52,795 nt of DNA, taken from a virus (lineage: Duplodnaviria > Caudoviricetes). Positions 7,707 to 15,861 of this stretch are shown here, piece after piece. A model generated the notes under the pieces. The model saw only the letters and a program-made list of their open reading frames with translations, did no database searches and was not told the DNA's origin. Position 1 is the first letter of the stretch. Every line of letters starts with the position of its first letter. The translations under genes were made by a program, and so were the position numbers. The stretch covers positions 1 through 52,795 of IMG/VR virus record IMGVR_UViG_3300043786_001648; one strand, written 5' to 3'.

Positions 7707-8365
7707 TCGAGCTCCACCAGCTGAAGGGCCACAAGGACTGCACGGCGTGCGAGCGGCACGCCGAATGCCCGAGGAACCCGGGGGTCCCCACCGAAAGGTG
7801 GGGGCTCCCTCCCTCCCCATCCGTGCCCGTGCTCGTCGTCGTCGGCCCGTGCTCCACGTACACCGACCACATCCTGTGGTCCCCCTTCTACGGCAAGACG
7901 GGCGACGTCCTCCGCAACATCCTGCTTGACGAACTCGCTACTTTGTGTACCATCTACGGCACGGCACTCGTCCGCTGCCACTCCGCCACGCCCCCGAAGT
8001 CGAGGCACTACAAATCCTGCCGCCCGCACCACGAGGACGACGTCCGCCACATCCTCGGCGAACACCCTTGCTCCGACGTGCGCTTCCTACTTCTCGGCTC
8101 CGACGCCGTCGCCCAGTTCCACCGCACCTGGACCGGCAAGCCCCGCTCCTTCAGGGACGCGCTCGCCTCGAACGGGCGCCCTCTCCAAATCGCCACCCGC
8201 CAGTGCGCCGTCTTCTCCACGTACTACCCGGGCGCCGTGCTCCGGAACAACTCCCTGATCCATTCCGTCGAGGACCACATCGAGCTCCTCGTCAACACCA
8301 TCCGCGGACATGCCCCCGTCCCCACCGAACCCGTCATCCTTCCCGTCAGGGGCCCACGCTCCTGA
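7703..8365 (+). CDS. Uracil-DNA glycosylase family 4-like protein (catalytic motifs degenerate)
   Basis: CTAC..H cluster motif, PFYGKTG..L, ALVRC, C, LLLG..A, TYYPGAVLR (canonical TYHPA..LR). Confidence 0.7.
   Translation: MIELHQLKGHKDCTACERHAECPRNPGVPTERWGLPPSPSVPVLVVVGPCSTYTDHILWSPFYGKTGDVLRNILLDELATLCTIYGTALVRCHSATPPKSRHYKSCRPHHEDDVRHILGEHPCSDVRFLLLGSDAVAQFHRTWTGKPRSFRDALASNGRPLQIATRQCAVFSTYYPGAVLRNNSLIHSVEDHIELLVNTIRGHAPVPTEPVILPVRGPRS
7926..7953 (+). promoter_or_regulatory. Putative internal sigma70-type promoter upstream of the polymerase
   Basis: TTGACG-16nt-TACCAT; shares TTGTGTACCAT with the 3355 element. Confidence 0.5.
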
Positions 8366-10349
8366 CCCCCGCACCATCAGCCTGGACATCGAGACCTATG
8401 GGATCACCCGATTCAACGCCGCCGGCCGACCGCTCCCCCGACAGACCTGCTTCCATCCCGCACGCTCCATCGCTGTCGATGGGTGCGATCGACGTGACCT
8501 TCTGCAGACCGTTTCAATCACTGTGCCCCGTGCCGATGTTCAGCTGGAACTCCTTGTTCCCGGGCCCACCTTCGTCTTCCAGCTCCACCTCGAGTCCCAC
8601 CGACGGCACCTCGCCGCCTGGCTCCGGCACGCCCGCACCATCATCGGAATGAACCTGCAGTTCGACCTCCTCTACCTGCGCTCCCAGCCCGACTTCCGCT
8701 TCCACCTCTCGTCCCAGTCCCTGATCGACCTCTCGGTCCTCAACTACCTTCACTCCGAGCTCCGTCCCGAGCGTTCGCTCAAGGCGCTCGGCCCCGTCCT
8801 CGGCACGCACGCCTACCCCAAGGAGCAACTCGACCGTGACGCACGCTACCCCGACGCCCGAGACCCCGGGCTCCACCGATACAACGCAGCCGACACCCAC
8901 AACACCATGCTCGCCTGCGCCGAGCTCGCCCGCCGCATCCGAGCCGACTACCCCTCCACTCCCAAGCTCTCCCCCGAGTGCCTCGCCCACTACTCCGACA
9001 CCATCTGGACGGTGGTCCGCATGTCGGAATCCGGAGTGCCTATGGACGCGGAGGGCCTATCCGGCCTCCACGAATCCACGCTGTCTGGCCTGCGGGACTG
9101 CGTTGCGTCCGCTGCATCCCTCGGGCTCGTACTCGAGGGGCCTGGAAGCGCACGATCCAAGCTGGACCTGATGCAGCGCACGTGCGCCTGGATCGAGGAG
9201 CACGCCGAGCCCTCCATCCGGTCGCACCCCATGTTCCAACTCACCGAGGCCCGCCGGGAGATCGCGGTCAACGACGTGAACCGCCAGCTCTTCCTCTCGT
9301 ATGCGCCCCCCACTGAACCCGGGCTCCGCATCCTCGGCCAGCACTCCTCGCTGCAGAAGCTCCTCTCCTCCTACCTCTACCCCCTGCTCCACCACCAGCG
9401 CAAGGATCCGTCCAACCGCTCGTCCCTTCTGATCCGCCGGCCCTCTTCCCCGATCGGCATCTCGTACCCCACGTGGTTCGTCACCCCCACTGCATCCAAG
9501 GACGGGGCCGGGGCGGAGGGCGGCACCCTGCAGGGCCGCATCACCTGCAAGAACTTCCGGCACCAGACCGACCCCGACGAGATCAAGGCCTTCTACCGCA
9601 GCCGCTTTCCCGGCGGCTCGATCGTAGGCTACGACCTGTCGCAGATCGAGATGGTGGTGGCCGGCCTCCTCTCGGGCGACGAGACCTTGCTCGCCGCCTT
9701 CCGCGCGGACCCGCCCCTCGATCTGCACACCGGTCGGGCCATCCAGGTCTTCGGCCCCGACATCGTGGACCACCCCGACTTCAAGAAGGTCTACCGGCAG
9801 GCGGCCAAGGGCGCCAACTTCGGGGACATCTTCCGCGCGGGCGCCGCCACCCTGCAGACCCAGGTCTTCAAGATGACCGGCGTCGTGGTCCCCATGCCCA
9901 TCTGCGACAACATCGTGCGCACCCGCTCCTTCTCGAGGCCCGGCCTGTGGGAGTGGCAGGAGCGGCTCATCGCCGAGACACGCGCCCGCGGATACGTCGA
10001 GCTCCCCTTCATCGGGCAGTCGCGCCGCTTCATGGGCGGCGACGCTTACGACATCTCCGAGATCGTGAACATGCCCATCCAATGCACGGCCGGCAACGTC
10101 CTGCTCCGCATCCAGCACCACCTGCACCGCACCCTGCCCCCGCTCGACGCGCCCCGCCCCGACATCCTCATGTTCCTCAACGTCTACGACGCCATCTACT
10201 TCGACTGCCGCGACGAAGCCGCCGTCTCCCGCCTCGACGCCCTCTTCCGTGACGCATTCACCCATGTGACAACAGCCGGATATTGGGGTAGACTGTGCGA
10301 GAAGCTGGGCCGCCACGTTCCGGTCCGATATGAACGCACCATCTACTGA
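8310..10349 (+). CDS. polA: Family A DNA polymerase with 3'-5' exonuclease domain (divergent)
   Basis: ExoI LDIET, ExoII NLQFD, ExoIII YNAAD; TLQGRIT, motif A YDLSQIE, DLH, motif B RQAAKGANFG, NMPIQCTA, motif C NVYDA. Confidence 0.9.
   Translation: MPPSPPNPSSFPSGAHAPDPRTISLDIETYGITRFNAAGRPLPRQTCFHPARSIAVDGCDRRDLLQTVSITVPRADVQLELLVPGPTFVFQLHLESHRRHLAAWLRHARTIIGMNLQFDLLYLRSQPDFRFHLSSQSLIDLSVLNYLHSELRPERSLKALGPVLGTHAYPKEQLDRDARYPDARDPGLHRYNAADTHNTMLACAELARRIRADYPSTPKLSPECLAHYSDTIWTVVRMSESGVPMDAEGLSGLHESTLSGLRDCVASAASLGLVLEGPGSARSKLDLMQRTCAWIEEHAEPSIRSHPMFQLTEARREIAVNDVNRQLFLSYAPPTEPGLRILGQHSSLQKLLSSYLYPLLHHQRKDPSNRSSLLIRRPSSPIGISYPTWFVTPTASKDGAGAEGGTLQGRITCKNFRHQTDPDEIKAFYRSRFPGGSIVGYDLSQIEMVVAGLLSGDETLLAAFRADPPLDLHTGRAIQVFGPDIVDHPDFKKVYRQAAKGANFGDIFRAGAATLQTQVFKMTGVVVPMPICDNIVRTRSFSRPGLWEWQERLIAETRARGYVELPFIGQSRRFMGGDAYDISEIVNMPIQCTAGNVLLRIQHHLHRTLPPLDAPRPDILMFLNVYDAIYFDCRDEAAVSRLDALFRDAFTHVTTAGYWGRLCEKLGRHVPVRYERTIY
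10266..10294 (+). promoter_or_regulatory. Putative internal promoter for the HTH gene
   Basis: GTGACA-17nt-TAGACT in a patch of atypical codons at the 3' end of the polymerase gene. Confidence 0.5.
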
Positions 10350-10352
10350 ACC

Positions 10353-10643
10353 ATGCAACCCAACCACCGAAAGGTCGTCGCCCTTCTCCGCAAGGGCCAC
10401 AACGCAGCGCAGGTCGCCGAGCAAGTCGGCCTGTCCCGCAAGCGGGTCTTCGACCTGGCCCGCCGCCACTCCCTTCCCACGAACCCCCTCGTCAAGCAGG
10501 GCGGACGGATCGAGAAGCAGATCGTCGAGGCCTCCCGGGTCCTCACGATCCCCGAGATCTCCCTTGCCTTCCGCCTGGCCGAGCCCGTGGTCCGCGAGAT
10601 CCTGACCCGGGTGGACCGCCAGACCAAGGCCGTGCTCCGTTGA
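10353..10643 (+). CDS. Helix-turn-helix DNA-binding protein
   Basis: GHNAAQVAEQVGLSRKRV HTH and a second HTH-like segment, LTIPEISLAFRL. Confidence 0.75.
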   Translation: MQPNHRKVVALLRKGHNAAQVAEQVGLSRKRVFDLARRHSLPTNPLVKQGGRIEKQIVEASRVLTIPEISLAFRLAEPVVREILTRVDRQTKAVLR

Positions 10644-11188
10644 AGAAGTCCTGGACCATCCTCCAGGACGACCGCGAGAAGACCCCGCTCCTGTTCCCCG
10701 CCCACCTCGTGATGCTCGACCCGGCCTCCGTCCCGGTCGACAGGCGCTCCGTCACGGTCGCCCTCACCGTCACCAAGAAGCGGCTCGCCACGGGGGACTA
10801 CGCCCTCCTCGGCCACGAGTCGCGCGTCCTCGTCGAGCGCAAGAAGGACCTCCCCGAGCTCTTCAACAACCTGCTCACCACGGCGGGCCGGGACCGCTTC
10901 GTCAAGGCATGCGACCGCTTGCGATCCGAGTGCGCCCATCCGATACTGATCCTCGAAGGGACCGTCGGCCACCTGGTCAGGACGGCCAAAGCCAAGCTAC
11001 CTGTGGACCCGTGGCTGGTGGTCGACGCCCTTCACCGCATCTGCCTCGAGCGCCGCATTCAAATCCTCTACCTTCCTTCCGCAACCGCCGACCAACGGCG
11101 ATCAGTGGGGGAGGAAATCGCTAGACTGATGATCAACGGAGCGATCACCCATGCCGAACCCCCCGCTTCAGACGTTCAGGGCAGTTGA
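10640..11188 (+). CDS. ERCC4-type (XPF/Mus81-like) nuclease, possible resolvase
   Basis: DDREK, L.TGDY, VERKK..EL, LILEG motifs. Confidence 0.85.
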   Translation: MKKSWTILQDDREKTPLLFPAHLVMLDPASVPVDRRSVTVALTVTKKRLATGDYALLGHESRVLVERKKDLPELFNNLLTTAGRDRFVKACDRLRSECAHPILILEGTVGHLVRTAKAKLPVDPWLVVDALHRICLERRIQILYLPSATADQRRSVGEEIARLMINGAITHAEPPASDVQGS

Positions 11189-12002
11189 GCCAGCCCACTT
11201 CGGGTTCGCCGCGGGCGCCACCCTGGCCTCGCAGCCCTTCGTCCTGTACCACGAGCGGTCCACCGCCATCAACGGCGCCGGTTCGCCCTTGCTCAACAGC
11301 GCCATCTCGTTCGCGTCCACGCTCCCGGAGAACCGGTTCAACCCATGGGAGTGGCGGCTCAACGACTCGTGCTACCCGGTCGCCGTCCCGAACGCATACG
11401 ACCGGCTCCACGTGTTCCCGATGTACGTCCTCTCCTCGAGCTCCGGCCTCGCCAGCGACCTCGCCTTCGGCACGGTCACCACCTACAACGCGCCGTTCGT
11501 CATGCCGTTCGGGCTGTGCTCGCAGACCCGCAACTACTCCACCTCGAACGCGCTGAACCCCCAGGTCTGCCGCCTGCCCGACGACATCCTCGCCGCCCTC
11601 GGCGTGGTCCGCTCGTTCAACACCCGGCTCAACGGCCTGTGGAACGTGCTGCCACCCTACGCCGTCAACTTCTCGACCTCGAACGGGCTTCTCGCCGTCG
11701 GCTCCAGCACCAACCCCACGTCCTACGGCCGGCACCAGACCGGCACCGGCACCGGCTACGCCCTGGCCGACGACCTCTCGATCTCCCAGGCCACGACCGG
11801 CCTCTTGTCCGAGACCGCCAACCGGTGGTCCTCGAACTCGAAAGTCCTCATCGGCATGGGCACCGACTTCCAGACCATGGGTTCCGAAGAGATCGTAGTG
11901 GCCCCGGGCTCGAGCCCGACCGGCCTGACGTTGTCCACGTCGGGCACCAACGGCGTGGTCTACCGCTGCGAATACTTCCTGATGGGCACCTTCCTCGGAT
12001 AA
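11151..12002 (+). CDS. Hypothetical protein, Ser/Thr/Gly/Asn-rich (virion or lysis associated?)
   Basis: 283-aa ORF, GGAG RBS, directly upstream of the holin cluster. Confidence 0.75.
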   Translation: MPNPPLQTFRAVEPAHFGFAAGATLASQPFVLYHERSTAINGAGSPLLNSAISFASTLPENRFNPWEWRLNDSCYPVAVPNAYDRLHVFPMYVLSSSSGLASDLAFGTVTTYNAPFVMPFGLCSQTRNYSTSNALNPQVCRLPDDILAALGVVRSFNTRLNGLWNVLPPYAVNFSTSNGLLAVGSSTNPTSYGRHQTGTGTGYALADDLSISQATTGLLSETANRWSSNSKVLIGMGTDFQTMGSEEIVVAPGSSPTGLTLSTSGTNGVVYRCEYFLMGTFLG

Positions 12003-12006
12003 TCCA

Positions 12007-12159
12007 ATGACCCTCGAACAACTGGCTACGATCCTCTCGCCTTTCGTCGCAGCCTTCTGCGCGAGCGGATGGATCCACGCACAACTCGGCCGTCTCCGCG
12101 AAGACCTCGTCCGCATGGACGAGCGCATCAAGAACCTCGAGAAGAAAACACACCCATGA
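12007..12159 (+). CDS. Small membrane protein (TM + coiled coil, XhlA-like architecture)
   Basis: Not in ORF track; MTLEQLATILSPFVAAFCASGWIHAQLGRLREDLVRMDERIKNLEKKTHP; ATGA overlap with the holin. Confidence 0.65.
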   Translation: MTLEQLATILSPFVAAFCASGWIHAQLGRLREDLVRMDERIKNLEKKTHP

Positions 12160-12356
12160 AGAAGTCCTGGAAGACCACCGCCGCCGGCATCGGCGCGATC
12201 CTCACCGCGCTCGGCTCCATCCTCACCGCCTACTTCGACGGCAACCCCGACACCATGCCCGACTACGCCGCGCTCGTCGCGGCCATGATCGCGGGCATCG
12301 GCCTCCTCGCCGCCCGTGACAACGACATCTCGAGCGAGGACGCGGGAGCCAAGTGA
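12156..12356 (+). CDS. Putative holin (2 TM)
   Basis: MKKSWKTTAAGIGAIL...IGLLAARD: two hydrophobic helices with charged ends. Confidence 0.75.
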   Translation: MKKSWKTTAAGIGAILTALGSILTAYFDGNPDTMPDYAALVAAMIAGIGLLAARDNDISSEDAGAK

Positions 12357-12655
12357 ACCGATGGCCGACCTACTCCTCGCCTTTCTCCGCTGGCTTGAAG
12401 AGCTTCTTCGCAAGCCGGCCCGGGCTGTGGACTCTGCTGCCGACCGCGCTCTTCTTGGCCGTGCTGGCCGTCGTGTTCGCGAGTGGCTGCGGGGCCCGGA
12501 CGATCCTGGTGCCGGAGGCGGCGCCGGTGCGACTCGGTCCTGACGTGCGCGCGCGCGTGTACGTCCGCGTCTCCGACGACTGGGTCCTCTCCGACAACAG
12601 GGTTCCGCTCCAAGAGGGCTGGTACCTGGTTCCTCCCTCCTTCGTGGAGGAGTGA
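12353..12655 (+). CDS. Putative lipoprotein / o-spanin-like
   Basis: Hydrophobic stretch ending in lipobox-like FASGC; Pro-rich mature part; follows the holin. Confidence 0.6.
   Translation: MNRWPTYSSPFSAGLKSFFASRPGLWTLLPTALFLAVLAVVFASGCGARTILVPEAAPVRLGPDVRARVYVRVSDDWVLSDNRVPLQEGWYLVPPSFVEE
12361..12543 (+). CDS. Nested ORF, possible i-spanin-like partner
   Basis: MADLLLAFLRWLEELLRK..., in a different frame inside the lipoprotein gene. Confidence 0.35.
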   Translation: MADLLLAFLRWLEELLRKPARAVDSAADRALLGRAGRRVREWLRGPDDPGAGGGAGATRS

Positions 12656-12658
12656 GCC

Positions 12659-13189
12659 TTGCTCAACCGCAGCCGAAAGGCCGCCGACCACGTTGGCTTC
12701 CTGACGCTGTGGTCCAACGAGGCCCACCGCAAGCAGCGGTTCCCCCGGTGGTCCCGGGACGAGATCCTCTCTGAGGCCTACGTCCAGGCCGACCGCCTCC
12801 TCGGCACCGTCTACGACCCGTCCAAGTCCACGGTCGTCACGTTCCTCAAGTCGTTCCTGTGGGGCGCCGTCCACTACGCCTACTGGACCGGATCCGGCTA
12901 CCGCTTCACGGAGTCCGGGCTCCGCTTGAAGTTGTCCGTGACAAACGATACACTCTGTGAAGAGGTCGCCCGCCCTGCCTCCCCCACTGATCCGGATCTT
13001 CCGGACCTGACGGAGGAGGAGTGGACGATCGTCCGCCTTCGTCGCGACGGATACACCATGATCCGCATCGCAGCGGTCCTCGGCCTGAAGTCCCCGCAGT
13101 CCGTGTACAACCGCCTCGTCAAGATCAGGGACAAGATCCAAGGAGAGAAAAATGCCCCCCGAGATCCCGCCGACCCCGCTCCCGACTGA
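12659..13189 (+). CDS. Sigma-factor-like protein (region 2 + region 4 HTH)
   Basis: DEILSEAY...YDPSKS..TFL...LWG and LTEEEWTIVRLRRDGYTMIRIAAVLG...SVYNRL; GGAGGAG RBS. Confidence 0.7.
   Translation: MLNRSRKAADHVGFLTLWSNEAHRKQRFPRWSRDEILSEAYVQADRLLGTVYDPSKSTVVTFLKSFLWGAVHYAYWTGSGYRFTESGLRLKLSVTNDTLCEEVARPASPTDPDLPDLTEEEWTIVRLRRDGYTMIRIAAVLGLKSPQSVYNRLVKIRDKIQGEKNAPRDPADPAPD
12926..12954 (+). promoter_or_regulatory. Putative internal sigma70-type promoter
   Basis: TTGAAG-17nt-TACACT; a CCCCCACTG site lies 26 nt downstream (12981). Confidence 0.5.
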
Positions 13190-14576
13190 CCGTGGCAAGA
13201 GCGCCCGCCAGTTCCTCGAGAGCGAGGGCCTCATCGCCCGCATCCCGTCGATCCGCAGCTCCGACTACGGCTCGGCCCTGACCGATCCGTTCGGCTACTA
13301 CCTGCGGCGCCGGCTCGGCCTGACGCCCGCGCTCATGTACTCCGAGGCCCTGTCGCGCGGCTCCTACTTCCACACCCTGTTCGCCCTCTATGACCGCGGC
13401 GACCGCTGGCAGATCTTCCAGCGCCAGTGCGCCGTGCGCCTCGCCGAGATCAACCGCATCTGCAAGGACCTCCGCATCTCGGAGAACGCCCGCGCGGAGG
13501 CCGTGCAGAACGAGCAGACCGACCAAGCCCTCGCCTCGGCATGGTTCAAGGCCTTCGAGGAACTGCCCTGCATCAAGGGCAAGTCCGCCCTCCAGTTCCT
13601 CGACTCGTCCTACACCAAGATCGGCGCCGAGCTCCGCCTCACCTGGGTCGACGAGCGGTTCCCCCGCTGCCGCCAGGTCGCGCAGTTCGACCTGCTCCTC
13701 CTCGACCGGCGCACCAACCGGCTGTGGATCGTGGACGCGAAGACGACCTCCGCACCCCCACTGATCCGCCTCTCGACCGTGCGCGAGGAGTTCCAGACCA
13801 TGCACTACTTCCACGCCCTCGAGTGGTTCCTCGAGCGCGGCGTCCTGCAGAAGCGGTTCGACCTGCCCGACGACGTCTCCATCGGCGGCATGATGCACAT
13901 GGCCGTCCTCAAGCCCTCGATCGTGTTCGGCCAGTCCGACCGCGACTTCCACCTGGAGTCCGAGGGGAAGCGCAGCGGCGTGTCGGGCCGCATCATCCGC
14001 ACCCCCGTCAACCTGCGGGACCAGGGCACCCACGTGATCCAGTGGACCGCGGGCCAGCCCTACCCCGAGCCGTTCTGCGGCACCGTGGACGAGTGCCTCG
14101 CCGAGCTGCACGAGCGCACGGGCAAGAAGCCCGAGAAGGTGTACCGCGGGGAGCCGACCCTCTCCAACTACGCGGCCCGCTGCATGCGGTGGTACATGGG
14201 GCAAGATGAGTACACTGACAAGGCCCCGGACTTCGAGAACGATCCGCCCATCAACATTTCCTACACTCATTCGTCGGTCGGGCTTGACAACGACTGGCGC
14301 TCCGACTACCTTACCCGTGTTGCCATGATCTACAAGTTGGCAACCACAGAGGCGAACCCATGCAACTTCCTGAAGAACATCGACTCGATCCGGATGGGCA
14401 ACAGGCTGGCCCACTACAGCCCCTTCTACCTGACGGAGCCGAAGGACTGGCCGTCGCTGGTGCAGTCCCAGCAGTTCCTGGTGGCGCACCGAGACGCAGC
14501 CGAGCTGCCCGAGGTGCCCGAGCCCCACGAGTTCGACGGACTGGTCGAAAGCCTCGAACCCGAACTCCAGTGCTGA
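13152..14576 (+). CDS. PD-(D/E)XK (RecB/Cas4-like) exonuclease
   Basis: AL.RGSYFH, AELRL, QFDLLL, IVDAKTT, Q..HY motifs; AAGGAG RBS. Confidence 0.8.
   Translation: MPPEIPPTPLPTDRGKSARQFLESEGLIARIPSIRSSDYGSALTDPFGYYLRRRLGLTPALMYSEALSRGSYFHTLFALYDRGDRWQIFQRQCAVRLAEINRICKDLRISENARAEAVQNEQTDQALASAWFKAFEELPCIKGKSALQFLDSSYTKIGAELRLTWVDERFPRCRQVAQFDLLLLDRRTNRLWIVDAKTTSAPPLIRLSTVREEFQTMHYFHALEWFLERGVLQKRFDLPDDVSIGGMMHMAVLKPSIVFGQSDRDFHLESEGKRSGVSGRIIRTPVNLRDQGTHVIQWTAGQPYPEPFCGTVDECLAELHERTGKKPEKVYRGEPTLSNYAARCMRWYMGQDEYTDKAPDFENDPPINISYTHSSVGLDNDWRSDYLTRVAMIYKLATTEANPCNFLKNIDSIRMGNRLAHYSPFYLTEPKDWPSLVQSQQFLVAHRDAAELPEVPEPHEFDGLVESLEPELQC
14284..14312 (+). promoter_or_regulatory. Putative internal sigma70-type promoter
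   Basis: Perfect TTGACA-17nt-TACCTT in a region of atypical codon usage. Confidence 0.6.
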
Positions 14577-14932
14577 TGTTCGAGAACGAGTACGTGGCGG
14601 CCGTGATCGGCCCCAAGCTGCTTCCTCTCTGCCACAGCTGCTCGTCGCTCTCCGACCTCTGCTCGGAGTTCGAGAAGCAGTGGGGGTTCCGCCTCAACCG
14701 GACGAAGGCGCAGCGTTGGCTCTCGATCCTCGGCATCACGCCTCGCTCCCAGACCGTGTTCGTCGGCCTCCAGGCGGAGCCGACCCACCACCCAGTGGGG
14801 GTGACTCCGCTCGAGCCGCAGGACGTCGACCTCGACGCGGGCTTCGGCGGCCGCCTCCCCGATTCATTCATGCAGGGCGCCATGCCGGGCGGCGTCTTCG
14901 CGAACGTGGACATGCCCGGCTTCAAGGAGTGA
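14576..14932 (+). CDS. Putative winged-helix DNA-binding protein
   Basis: TGATG coupling; SLSDLCSEFEKQWGFRLNRTKAQRWLSILGIT resembles a winged HTH. Confidence 0.55.
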   Translation: MFENEYVAAVIGPKLLPLCHSCSSLSDLCSEFEKQWGFRLNRTKAQRWLSILGITPRSQTVFVGLQAEPTHHPVGVTPLEPQDVDLDAGFGGRLPDSFMQGAMPGGVFANVDMPGFKE

Positions 14933-14935
14933 GAG

Positions 14936-15829
14936 ATGCTTACGACCGAGGCAGGAAAGCTGCCGCAGCAGAAGTACCCGTCGCTCGGGTTCTCGGGGGT
15001 CCGGATGGTCCATCCGCCCGAGCGCCTGTTCGGCCTGATCTGCGGCCTCCCGGGTGAAGGCAAGTCCCAGTTCGTCCACTCGCACCCGGACGCATGGGTC
15101 TGCAACATGGACTGCACGTCGTCGCTCGGCAATCCGCTTGCGACGATATGGCCCGGCATCAACCCGGCGGGCCAGCCGATCGACGTGAACGGCGAGCCGC
15201 TCGTCCTCACGTGGGAGGCCGTGCAGGCCAAGATCGACCTGCTCTGCAACCTCGCGCGGAACAACCAGCCGCGCCCGGCCACCGTCTTCTTCGACTCGCT
15301 CGGCACGTGGATCCCGCTCCTCAAGGACTGGATCACGCGCTCGAACGACAAGAAGGACTGGCGCGACATGGACGGGCGCCGCTCGTGGGACCAGCTCTAC
15401 GACATGGTCATCGACACGTGCCTCACCCTGCGCCGCTTCGGCTACGGGGTCTACGTGATCTGCCACGTCGTCAACGCCAAGATCCCCCTGGGCGACGACC
15501 GCTACGTCTTCAAGCCCGAGCTCACGATCACGGACGGCTTCTACAAGAGGCTCTACCCGCTGTTCGAGCTCGTCGCCGCGGTCAGCTCCGAGTGGGTCAC
15601 GGAGCAGAAGGAGATCCAGCAGCCACCCATCGTGAAGGACGGCAAGACCGTGACGCTCAAGCCCAAGGTCGTCACCGAGAAGCGCAAGCGTTACCTGTTC
15701 TCCGTCGATTCGGAGACGCTCTCCGGCATCACGAAGCACCGCGTCAAGATGTCCGCGGAGTTCGAGATCCCCGAGTACAACGCATGGGCAGAGTTCGTCC
15801 GCCAGTACACCATCAACTCCGGGGCGTAA
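14936..15829 (+). CDS. AAA_24/Sak4-like ATPase (recombinase)
   Basis: Walker A GLPGEGKS, Walker B VFFDS, VICH; located between nuclease and SSB-like gene. Confidence 0.8.
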   Translation: MLTTEAGKLPQQKYPSLGFSGVRMVHPPERLFGLICGLPGEGKSQFVHSHPDAWVCNMDCTSSLGNPLATIWPGINPAGQPIDVNGEPLVLTWEAVQAKIDLLCNLARNNQPRPATVFFDSLGTWIPLLKDWITRSNDKKDWRDMDGRRSWDQLYDMVIDTCLTLRRFGYGVYVICHVVNAKIPLGDDRYVFKPELTITDGFYKRLYPLFELVAAVSSEWVTEQKEIQQPPIVKDGKTVTLKPKVVTEKRKRYLFSVDSETLSGITKHRVKMSAEFEIPEYNAWAEFVRQYTINSGA

Positions 15830-15861
15830 CCCCGGTCAACCCTTTCAGGAGAGTCAGAGTC

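Noticed and set aside
13152-14576. Cas4-like nuclease suggesting a CRISPR system
   Set aside because: No repeat-spacer array or other cas genes seen; the nuclease-Sak4-SSB context is a standard phage recombination module.
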